Assembly: GCA_048213135.1 (NCBI GenBank)
Contig: PS015462.1
Location: 1 to 47,931, forward strand
From: Reclinomonas americana ATCC 50394
Taxonomy: Eukaryota
DNA length: 47,931 nucleotides
Direction: 5' to 3'
Shown here: positions 24,001 to 34,816 of the stretch, in pieces
How positions within the stretch are numbered: position 1 is the stretch's first letter
How the letters are laid out: each line of letters begins with the position of its first letter
Translations under genes and position numbers: made by a program
The notes under the pieces: generated by a model
The model's input: only the letters and a program-made list of their open reading frames with translations
Databases searched by the model: none
What the model was told of the DNA's origin: nothing

Positions 24001-27000
24001 TACAGCGGCTCCAACTGCGGCGTGTGCGCGCTGCCCGACGGCACCACGACGTGCTCACTGAACCGTCGTGCTGTGCTGAGCTGCGCCTATGGTACCACCC
24101 AGATCATCGCGCAGTGTGCCGAGGGTCGCGAGTGCTTTGAGGCGTACGGCTCGGCGCAATGCGGATGCTCGGCAAACGGTGCTGTGTGCTCGACTGGTGG
24201 TGACTGCTGCTCTGGTAGCTGTGATTCTGGTCTGTGTGTAGCACTGTGCAACCCTTCCACGACGTGCTCTGGACACGGAACTTGCAACACCGACGGCTCC
24301 TGCCAATGCGATACTGATTATTACGGCTCATCGTGCAATGTGAACTGCGTGGCGGCCACGACATGCTCTGGTCAAGGAACGTGCAAGAGCGATGGAACGT
24401 GCCAGTGCGATACCGACTATTACGGTGCATCTTGCAATGTGAACTGCGTGGCGTCCACGACGTGTTCTGGCAATGGAACTTGTAAGAGTGACGGCACGTG
24501 CCAGTGCACGGGCGACTACACCAATGCCAGCTGCAACTGCAGTCCCAGTGTCACGTGCTCAGCTCACGGTACCTGTGGCATCGATGGAACCTGCACCTGC
24601 ACCGGCGACTACACCAATGCCAGTTGTAACTGCAGTCCCACTGCGACGTGCTCCAGTCACGGAACGTGCAACAGCGACGGCACGTGCCAGTGCACGGGCG
24701 ACTACACCAATGCCAGTTGTAACTGCAGTCCCACTGCCACGTGCTCTGGCAACGGAACATGCAAGAGTGACGGTACTTGCCAGTGCGACAGTGACTATTA
24801 CGGTGCTGCGTGCGATGTGAACTGTGTGGCATCCACCACGTGCTCTGCAAACGGAACGTGCAAGAGTGACGGCACATGCCAGTGTGATGCTGACTATTAC
24901 GGCTCTTCGTGCAATGTGAACTGTGTGGCGGCCACCACGTGCTCTGGTCACGGCACGTGCAAAAGTGACGGCACGTGTCAGTGCACTGACGACTACGCGA
25001 ATGCCAACTGCAACTGCAGTCCTAGCATCACCTGCTCCAGTCACGGAACTTGCAAGAGTGACGGCACGTGCCAATGCGACGCTGATTATTACGGTGCATC
25101 GTGCAACGCGAACTGTGTGGCGGCCACGACGTGCTCTGCAAACGGAACGTGCAAGAGTGACGGCACATGCCAGTGTGGTGCTGACTATTATGGCTCCTCG
25201 TGCAATGTGAACTGTGCAGCAGCCTCGACGTGCTCTGGCAACGGAACATGCAAGACTGACGGCACATGCCAGTGCACGGGCGACTACACCAACGCCAGCT
25301 GCAACTGCAGTCCCACCACGACGTGCTCTGGCAACGGAACGTGCAAGACTGACGGTACGTGCCAGTGCACGGGCGACTACACCAATGCCAGCTGCAACTG
25401 CAGTCCCAGTGTCACGTGCTCTGGCAACGGAACATGCAAGACTGACGGTACTTGCCAGTGTGACATTGGTTATATCGGTGCATCGTGCAATGAAACCTGC
25501 GTGGCAGCAACGACATGCTCTGGTCACGGATCGTGCAACGTCGATGGATCGTGCCTGTGCGATGCTGACTACTACGGTTCATCGTGCAACGTGAACTGTG
25601 TGGTGGCCACAACGTGCTCTGGTCACGGAACGTGCAAGAGTGACGGCTCGTGTCAGTGTGACGCTGACTACTACAGCGCATCGTGCAACGTGAACTGTGT
25701 GGTGGCCACAACGTGCTCTGATCACGGAACGTGCAAGAGTGACGGCACTTGCCAGTGTGACGCTGACTACTACGGCGCATCGTGCAACGTGAACTGCGTG
25801 GCGGCGACGACGTGCTCTGGACACGGAACATGCAAGAGTGACGGTACATGTCTGTGCACGGGCGACTACACCAATGCCAGCTGCAACTGCAGTCCCACTG
25901 CCACGTGCTCGGGCCACGGAACGTGCAAGACTGACGGCACGTGTCTTTGCACAGGCGACTACACCAACGCCAGCTGCAACTGCAGTCCCAGCGTCACATG
26001 CTCCGGCAACGCAACGTGCATGGCAGATGGTACGTGCCAGTGCACTGGCGACTACACCAATGCCAGCTGCAACTGCAGTCCCACCGCTACGTGCTCCGGC
26101 CATGGAACGTGCAACACCGATGGAACGTGCAGTTGTTCAAGTCCGTGGGGTGGTGAGTGATTCCTTTGTTTGTTTGCTGCATATTTGCTTCATCTAAACC
26201 TTGTTTTATCTCGACTACCAGGGTCAACATGCTCTACTGTTAACTGTTCCACCAGCATCAGTCTTGGGTCAATTGGCAACTGGGTGGCAGTGGCCTCCAG
26301 CAGTGACGGCACCAAATTGGTGGCCGTAATGTTCCTTCGTCAGATCTACACCTCCGCTGACTCTGGTGTGACATGGACTGCTCGTGAATCCAATCGCGTT
26401 TGGCAAGCAGTGGCATCCAACAGTGACGGCACCAAGTTGGTGGCTGCAGTGAGCTCTGGTAACATTTACACCTCCACTGACTCTGGTGTGACGTGGGCGT
26501 CTCGTGATTCCAGCCGCAACTGGCTGTCAGTGGCCTCCAGCAGTGACGGCACCAAGTTGGTGGCTGTAGTGGGCTCTGGTAACATTTACACCTCCACTGA
26601 CTCTGGTGTGACGTGGATGGCTCGCAGTGTAGTTCGCAACTACACGTCCGTGGCCTCCAGCAGTGACGGCACCAAGTTGGTGGCTGTAGTGGGATTTGGT
26701 AACATTTACACCTCCACTGACTCTGGGGCGACGTGGACGGCTCGCGATTCAAGTCGCCAGTGGCGGTCTGTGGCCTCCAGCAGTGACGGCACCAAGCTGG
26801 TGGCTGCAGTGAGCCCTGGTAATATTTATACCTCCACCGACTCGGGTGCGACGTGGACGGCACGTGATTCCAGTCGCAACTGGTATGCAGTGGCCTCAAA
26901 CAGTGACGGCATCAATTTGGTGGCTGTGGTGAACACTGGGCAGATTTACACCTCCACTGACTCCGGAGTGACGTGGACAGCTCGCTCTTCCCCGCGACCG

Positions 27001-27939
27001 TGGAGTGGTGTGACCTCCAGCAGCGACGGTACCAAGCTGGTGTCCGTTGTGAACGGAGGTCAGATCTTCACGTCGACCGACTCTGGTGTGACGTGGACTG
27101 GAGTAGCGTCCCAGGGACTGCAGTTTCCCAGTAATTGGCGGGCTGCGGCCTCCGACAGTAACGGTACCAAGTTGGTGGCCGCGGCCACCAGTCTTCCGAT
27201 ATACACTTCCGCCGATTCGGGCGTGACGTGGATAGATCATGAATCCAGTGGCCGCCGCCAGTGGGCGTCTGTGGCCGCCAGCAGTGATGGAACCAAGCTG
27301 GTTGCTCTTGAAAACGGTGGGCGGATTTACACCTCCACTGACTCTGGCGATACGTGGACGGCTCGCGATTCAACTCGCCAATGGCAATCGGCGGCCTCCA
27401 GCAACGACGGTGCCAAGCTTGTTGCTGTTGAAGTTGGTGGTCGGATTTACACCTCCACTGACTCCGGTGTGACGTGGACTGCCCGCGATTCGAATCGCAA
27501 CTGGATTGGGGTGGCCTCCAGCAGTGATGGCACGAAGCTGGTGGCTGTGGTGCTTGGCGGTCAGATTTACACCTCCACTAACTCGGGTGTGACATGGACG
27601 CCTCGTGAAACCAGTCGCAACTGGCAGGCAGTGGCCTCCAACAGTGATGGCACCAAGCTGGTGGCTGTGGTGCTTGGCGGTCAGATTTACACCTCCACTG
27701 ACTCTGGCGCGACGTGGACTGCCCGTGATTCCGCTCGTGACTGGCAGGCAGTGGCCTCTAGCAGCGACGGCGTCAAGTTGGTGGCTTTGTTGAACCCTGG
27801 GCAGATCTACATCTCCATCGACTCCGGCGCGACGTGGACTGCCTTTGATTCCAGTCGGAACTGGAAAGCTGTGGCCTCGAGCAGTGACGGCACCAAGTTT
27901 GTGGCACCTGCAGAAAAGGTGTATTTGTTTTCGTGTTAA
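21029..27939 (+). CDS. Large secreted mosaic protein: signal peptide, beta-rich 'Y.LC' modules, H-lectin-like region, about 20 EGF repeats, 14 BNR/Asp-box repeats
   Basis: MTATKAIVFWTMLAFVLVAMAPLASA signal peptide. 7 introns (donors 21117, 21557, 22017, 23092, 23279, ~23619, ~26153) keep the frame open to TAA 27937-27939. Confidence 0.8.
24247..26140 (+). repeat. Coding tandem array of about 20 EGF-like units of two types (99 bp/33 aa and 93 bp/31 aa)
   Basis: CVAATTCSGxGTCKSDGTCQCDADYYGASCNVN and CSPTATCSxxGTCKxDGTCQCTGDYTNASCN are interspersed, with high nucleotide identity. Confidence 0.95.
26281..27939 (+). repeat. Coding array of 14 ~120-bp (40-aa) BNR/Asp-box beta-propeller repeats, last one partial
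   Basis: WxxVASSSDGTKLVAVVxxGxIYTSTDSGVTWTAR units start at 26281, 26401, 26521, 26641, 26761, 26881, 27001 and continue to ~27862. Confidence 0.95.
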
Positions 27940-28372
27940 TTCACCTCGTGTGAATTCTGCCATGTGGTTGTGATGGCGACAAAAGGCGTTGTTCGTGCGA
28001 CCCTCTGCTGTCTGTGCGCTCTTTTCTGGCTCTTCTCTCTTGATTTTCGTTTGATATCTTCAGTGCCTGCTCTCCCGTCCTCTTTCTATTGTGAGTGGCC
28101 AATGATAAATGATCGACCTTGAACTCTTCTGACAACTATTGTGTTCACAGTCACCGCAAAAGAGAAAGCTCCGCCAGCGTGACTTCGCCAACTGCTCGCC
28201 CATGTTTGAAATTCATTGGTTTTCCCATCCCTCCCTACATCCCTCCCCCCTTCCCCTCCTCCTCCTCTTGCTGCTACTGCCGCCGCCACCGCTATTCAAT
28301 GTCGTTGTTGCTACTGTTAATTACTCTCGCAGACGGGGGTGGTGACGGCCCTTCCCTCTCCTATTGTCACTG

Positions 28373-29116
28373 TTACTCGTCAACCAAGCCGTAAAACTCG
28401 TGAATGTGAGCGTCGAACTCGGCCTTGGAGATGGTGCCGTCTGCGTACACAGTCAGTCACACGTCGCGCGAGAACGAGACGGGGAGACGGCGACGAAAAA
28501 GAGACTGCTCACCACCATCGCTGTCCATGAAATCGAACTCGGTCTTGACAATCTCCTCTGCCATGGCCAGTCACACATCGTCAGCCTCTGCATGGAGAAG
28601 ACGAGGAGGAGTGTGCGCACGAACCATTCAAGTCCCACAGCTCCAGCAACTCCACACGCGCCTCGTCGCCACACGTTTGAGCCTTTTTGTGAGCCATCTC
28701 CAGCAAGTCGAGCATTAAGCTCTTGAGCTCTGCCACGGCTCGCGTTCAGCCAGACACAAACTCACACGCACACTGAGAGGAGAGTGAGCGCACCAGAGAA
28801 CTCGATCTTCCCGTTGTTGTTCTCATCGTACTGCGCGCGAGGATGCGCAACAATGTGATCAGGGCTCCTTCATGTGCGCGCGCACACACACACACACACA
28901 CAGTTGACACCCACCTTGTCAAACACAATGTCGACTTCGTCCTTGGAGAGGCGAAGAGCGGGGTCCGGTGTGATGACACACTCTGCCATCTTGCCGAGAA
29001 TGTCGCTGAGCTGTGATGGGCGGGAGAATCGACATGAGCGCACAAAAAACATCACTGTGCGCGCGGCAAGAGAACAAACGGAGGGCAAACGCAACAGTGG
29101 AAGACTTGGCGCCCAT
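28373..29116 (-). CDS. Small N-myristoylated two-EF-hand calcium-binding protein (6 exons)
   Basis: MGAKSST (MGxxxS). EF loops DKYDENNNGKIEFSEL and MDSDGDGTISKAEF. Ends FYGLVDE*. Confidence 0.85.
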
Positions 29117-29231
29117 GGTGTGTGTGTGTGTGTGTGAGTGAGTTGTAAACGATGATCAACCAACCAATTGCACCTCGGTTCACGTGGCTTGTATTCGGCA
29201 GGGAAGCTGCTTCCTTTCTTCTTCTTGTTAC

Positions 29232-29798
29232 TCACTCACTGAGAATCTTGACATTCTCCACCGAGACCGCATGGTGGTGGACCAACCGGCCTCCGATCCA
29301 CCCCGAGATGGCCAGTCCGACACACGACGTGGTCGACAGCGCCACCGGCAGGAGCATGCTGTCGCGTGGAGTGGCGCCCGATCGCAGCCACAGATTGGCC
29401 GTGTACATTAGCAGCGCCACGGCATTGAGGATGAAGTGATAGAGGCCGAGGCGGAAGGTGGGCCCGCGCGTCAGCGTCAACCAATCGATGAGGCCCGGCA
29501 CCGCCGCCAAGTGCGCCATAATGTAGCCGCCCCACATGTTGTAGTACGACACGGTGAACCACGTGCTGCTGGTGCCTGCCTTGCCGCTACTCACCAGCCC
29601 AATGTAGTCGCACGCCAGCGAGAAGAGCCAGAGACCGACGGGGAAGGCGACCAGTGCCGGGTGCATCGGATTGCCAAAGAGCCGCAAACGCGACGGCTGG
29701 CCCACTCCCGCCACCGCCGCCACCGCCGACGGAGAGGCCACTTGCAACACTGGTTTCTGCATCTCAAACGGGAAGCGCTGCTGCTGCACGGTACTCAT
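29232..29798 (-). CDS. DUF2231-family membrane protein, intronless, prokaryote-type
   Basis: FGNPMHPALVAFPVGLW...D...GG...LAAVPGLIDW...GLYHFILN...GWIGGRLVHHH matches the DUF2231 pattern. The start codon is uncertain. Confidence 0.85.
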   Translation of the reverse strand: MSTVQQQRFPFEMQKPVLQVASPSAVAAVAGVGQPSRLRLFGNPMHPALVAFPVGLWLFSLACDYIGLVSSGKAGTSSTWFTVSYYNMWGGYIMAHLAAVPGLIDWLTLTRGPTFRLGLYHFILNAVALLMYTANLWLRSGATPRDSMLLPVALSTTSCVGLAISGWIGGRLVHHHAVSVENVKILSE

Positions 29799-30229
29799 AC
29801 ACACACACGCACGCTGATTGCTCGCTCACACACACGCACAGAGAGAGATTCTTCTGTCTTGCTTCGTTGGTTTACTGATAGTCAACCTCCTTCTATCTAC
29901 GGGGCATCGTCCATGGCCGTCGTGAAGGCATCACTCGTGGCATCCAGTTGCGTGTCGATTGCCTCGTCGACATTGCGTACCTCGCTCAGTGTCTCCTCGT
30001 CTGCTGGCACGGTGGGGTTGGAGGACCACGTGATGAGGTCAACGGGGGAGTCGCACATGATATGAGAGGCGAAAGAGTGAAGATTGGAGAGATGAGTCAT
30101 GCAACTTTGTGTCACAACAGTCCTGCCTTGCGCGTGCGTCGGTGCACCACACTTCTCTGCTCGTTGTGTGTGCGTGCGTGTGTGTAAGTGTGAGTGTGAG
30201 ACAGAGTGTGTGTGTGTGTGCGTGTGACC

Positions 30230-33200
30230 ATGGACGGGGCATCGCCTTCTGCCTCGCCTGTGGACTCGCCGCAACTGCTGCCCACTGCTGATGCACCAGT
30301 GGAAGACGAAGAAGTGGCAGCAGGCGGAGAAGAGGATTTCGGTGATCATCACGATGCATCAGACGAGGAAGAACAACAAGACGAAGAAGATGATGATGAT
30401 GAAGATGATGATGATGAGGGCAGTGTGGCGTCCTCCGCAGCCTCTGCGTCTGTGCCGCGCCTGAGTCTCACACGCGCGACAAGTGCCTCTCGGCGAGTGT
30501 CGTCTCCCGGAGGCGACTCGCTGTCGTCCATGGGATCGTCGGTGGTCATGCTCGACTCACCCGGTGCGGCGAGTGTCGACAGTCCCTCCTCCAGCAAGCG
30601 GAGACGCTCAACTCCGGGGGGTGGAGCGTCGCCGACTTCGGGGCAGAACATCAAGGTCTCTCTTTGCTTTGCATAAGTGAGAGGATTTTTGCAGGTTCGG
30701 ATTTGCGTGACCATTGTTGTGCCTCTGCAGGTGATGTGCAGGTTCCGCCCGTCGAACTCGATTGAGCGCAAGGCTGGCGGCAAGGACTGCGTGGAGTTTG
30801 ATTTTGAGGGCAATGCGCATACTGTGCGGCTGACGGTGCGTGTGTTACTGAGCCTGGTCTGTCTTCTTCATGCATGACTCACTGTGTAGCTCTCTTCTCC
30901 CCTGGCCAGACCAAGGATAATGTCGCGCACAAGTTCTCGTTTGATTGCGTGTTCAGGCCCGGCGATCCGCAGGAGTCGGTCTACGAGTATGTCGGGTCGC
31001 CGGCCGTGGATGGTCTGTGATAACTCACTCCATCGTTTGAGGCGAAGCATGTCAGATTCTCATCATCATATGTGTGTGTTTTTTCGGCAGCGCTGTTCGA
31101 GGGCTACAATGCNNNNNNNNNNNNNNNNNNNNAGGAGATTGACAATGCCGATCTCAACATCATGTTCTACCTGTACGTGTCGTACGTGGAGATTTACAAT
31201 GAGCAGATTCGCGACTTGTTGAATCGTTGCGTGCACTCCCACCCTCTTGCTGTGCTCATCGTCTTTCATGCCAACATTATCGGTGCACCGCAGCGGCCAG
31301 CGGTACACTGTCGTTGCACGAGAGCAAGGACCATGCCATGCACGTCAAGGGTGCCCGTGTGGAGCAGGTGTTCCGAGTGGAGGAAATGTTTGACTATCTG
31401 CGCATTGGAGCCACGAACCGCGTGGTGGCGGCCACCAGTTACGCAGCGTTGCACGCGTGCACAGTGCACTGCACGACTTCATTTCTCAAACAATTCCTTT
31501 TCCCCCTCAGATATGAACGCCGAGAGCTCGCGGTCGCACTCCCTCTTCATCATCTCACTTACGACGGAGAACACGGCAACGTCGGAGAAGAAGAACTCCA
31601 AACTGCATCTCGTGGATTTGGCCGGTTCCGAAAAAGTCTCCAAAACCCGCGCGGAGGGTCAGCAGTTGGAGGAGGCCAAGCACATTAATCAGTCGCTGTC
31701 CACACTCGGTCTGGTCATTCAAGTGCTCACCAAACCCAGGAGACCTGGCGAGGTCTGTTGCAGACAGCAGCGCGTGTCATTTGTCTGACCAACTCACTCT
31801 TCCCCGCGCGCAGAAACTCGTACACGTGCCGTATCGCGACTCGAAACTCACACGACTACTCAAAGACTCCCTCGGCGGCAACTCGCGCACCACCCTCATC
31901 ATCAATTGCTCCGTCAACAGCTGGAACGATCAGGAGACGCTATCGACGCTGCGTTTCGGCGACCGAGCCAAGCAAATCAAGAACAAGCCGCGAGTCAACA
32001 AGGAGCTGTCGGTGCAGGAGCTGACCATGATGGTGCGACAGCTCGAAGAGGATGTGCGGCAACGTGACGAGATCATTTCCAAGTTCCGAGGTCTGTGGAC
32101 CGCAGCTCCGTGTCGTCTACTTCTTCTTCATCTCACGCTGCTGACTGTCTCCTTGGCAATGCACACACAACAGTGGCGGGCGAGGCCGGTCTGCAGGAGC
32201 GGTTGTTGGCGCTCGAGTCGTCGGAGCAGGGTGAGCTGGTGCAGTTGCGCGCCGACAATGAGCGGTTACGCGACGAGCTGCTGGCCGAGCAGGAGGAGAA
32301 CCAGACGCTGCGCGAGTCGCTGAGCAGCAAGGATGCCGAGCTGCAGGCGACAGAGGAGTTCAAGGCTGAGAAGTCGCGCATGGCGGGCGATCTCGAGTTG
32401 CTGCGCTTCCAGGTGGAGAAGATGCAGTTCCAAGAGAACAACTACGCCGTACAAGTGCAGGATCTGGAGGCCGCCAACACCTCGCTGCGGGAACAGGTTT
32501 CCTCGCTGGTGGCGCAACTAGAGGAGCAGCGGAAGGCACTGTCAAGTCCCAGTCGGCCACGTTCTGTGGAACTGGCTGAAGAGGTTTGCAGCGCACGCAC
32601 TCACCTCCGTCGTGTCCATGTTGCTCACCACCCGTATGCCTGTGTGCAGGAGCCATCACCTCTCTCGCCTACGGCCGCGAGCGGACCTTCAGCGGAAGAT
32701 ACGACAAAGGCGGCAGCGGTGCGACATTCGTTCCGCTCTCTGCTTCAGCAAGTCTTATTTGTCTCACACATTCCCACAGCCATCCTCAACCGACGATCCT
32801 CTGGCGGCACTGAAGGAGGCAGTGGCGTCGCGAGACCAAAAGATTCAGCGCCTGGTGCAAGCGCACTCACATCAAGTCTCCAAGCTGAAGACCGATCTGA
32901 CCGCGAAGATCCAGGCGCTCGGTTCGTGCGGCTGCCGACTCACTCGTTTCTTGCACGTTGCCTTCTAACCCGCCTGGGTTGCAGAGAAAGCCGAGGCGGC
33001 GGCACATCAAGAGTGCGAGGAGCTTGGACGACAGTTGGAGGTGTCGGCGGCTGCGGTGGCTGAGTTGACGGCGCTGCTGGAGAAGGGCTCCAGCGGTGTG
33101 CCTGCCGACGTGGTTCAGATGCAGAAGAGATTGCGTCGACTGGAGCAGCACAACGAATCGCTGACGCGTGAGAACGCCATGCGAGTGGAGATGGTACGGT

Positions 33201-34151
33201 CGAGTGTGATGGAGAGGGTCGTGTCCTCTTCTCCCCTCTCGCTGCTCCCCTTCACAACCTTTCGCTTCTCTCTCTCTCTCTCTTTCCCCTACTCTTTACC
33301 TTATCGCTCTCTCTCTCCCTCCCTCTCGCTTCTCTCCCTCTCGCTCTCCCTCCTCTCCTTCCTCCTTCCTCTCCTTCTTCCCTCTCTCGCTTCTCTCCTC
33401 CCTCGCCTGCCCTCCGGCTTGCTCACTCTCTCCCTCTCCCCTCCTGCCAGTGTGTCGACTTGCAGCTCGAGGCCGACGAGTTGCGCGAGAAGAACGCCCA
33501 GTTGCAGGCGTCGCACTCGATGCAGGCGCTGCATTTGCTCGAATCGAAATATCTGCAATTGCAAAGCGAAGTCACTACGTTGCGCCAGGAGCTGCAGGTG
33601 CGTACATTTGTGTGTTTGTTGGGGAGACGGTGTGCGCGCCTGCGTGATTGCTCATCGCCTCTTCCCGCAGAGCTCCAAGCAGCAACTCGGAGTGCGAGAC
33701 AAGCGAATCGCTGCACTGGAAGCGTCTGTCGAGGAGCGCACGAGACTACACAGCAGCGAACTGTTCCGCGCCAACCAGCTCATCGAGGAACAAGAAGAGA
33801 AGGTGGCGGCCCTCAAGAAGCAATTGATGCAGTTGCAATGTTGCGGTCGAGTTCCTCTTGTATTCGGCAATGTCTCTCTTCTCCGTTCGTCTCACTCTCG
33901 TTATTGTGGGGTGCAGCCGAGCGCATGCTTCGAGTGCAGGATTCGCAGCGCATCGTTCCACAGGCACTGCGCGGCGGTGGCGGTCGGCAAAGTCCGCGGT
34001 TAATGCCCGGATTCAATCCGAATGCCAGACGAGTTGCGCACAAGTCCGACGTTCCCTGTCGCCAACAGCAAAGCTCACTTTCCTTTCTTTGTGCGTCACC
34101 ACCTTGCAGAGCAGTACCGCATTCGAGGGTGCCCTCTTGCCTGGCTTCTGA
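30230..34151 (+). CDS. Kinesin heavy chain, kinesin-1-like; P-loop region hidden in gap 31113-31132
   Basis: [115 protein letters not shown]. Long coiled coil, and an IAK-like tail [12 protein letters not shown]. Confidence 0.9.
31226..31293 (+). other. Intron with +1-shifted donor C|GTTGCGT (kinesin)
   Basis: GT-AG excision restores the conserved IRDLLN-P (c|cg). Confidence 0.88.
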
Positions 34152-34224
34152 TCCGCCTGTATATCAGGGAGAGTGAATCATTTTGTGTATCGATCGTCCC
34201 ACAGTCCTCTCTCTCTTTACAACC

Positions 34225-34740
34225 ATGAGCGAAGACGAGGGCGCCTCCTCCTCTTCCGCACCACCACCACCACCACCAGAGGTGCCCGAAGTGGGCGAGG
34301 TCGTGGAGGTTTCACTGTTGGAGATTGAGATCCGCGAGATCGAGCACAGCATTGTGCACTTGGAGAGAAGCAACAGAGAAATGATCGAATTTGACCCGCA
34401 ACTGGAGGACGAAGACTTGCGAGTGGCCGTGGAGGAGAACTTGGGAGTGATGGAGAGAAAGCGATTGCGGTGTGTGTGAGAGAGAGTGCGAGAGAGAGTG
34501 TGTGTGTGTGCAGTTCACTCACTTGCGCTTGCCAGGATTGAGCGTCTTCGGCGACTGATGCGAGGGGAGGTGCTAGACGAGGAGGCAGATGCAGAGGAGG
34601 AGAGACGGCGACGGGAGGAGGCGAGACGAGTGGAGATTATGAGTGATGCTGAGCTGGAGACAAGGCGACGCGGTGTGTTGGTGCCCCCGGAACAACCACC
34701 ACCACCACCAGTTGCAGAGGAGGAGAGCTTGTACCTGTGA
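34225..34740 (+). CDS. Small uncharacterised coiled-coil protein (1 intron)
   Basis: EIEHSIVHLERSNREMIEFDPQLEDEDLRVAVEENLGVMERKRLR|IERLRR...ESLYL*. Resembles a small eukaryotic family with L..SN.E...D...A..EN..V and a C-terminal 'YL'. Confidence 0.7.
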
Positions 34741-34816
34741 GCCTCCTTTGTCTCTCTCTACGTGAACGTGGCAATGGTATAGAGAGCGGCATGCATGCAT
34801 TGCTTTTCGCGTTGCG

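Noticed and set aside
26281-27939. Regular 120-bp repeats with variable segments, CRISPR-like in appearance
   Set aside because: These are in-frame protein repeats in a eukaryotic exon with codon-position variation, and there are no cas genes.
31113-31132. Kinesin lacking its P-loop (GQTGSGKT), suggesting a pseudogene
   Set aside because: The missing part coincides with an N-gap whose stated size is probably underestimated.
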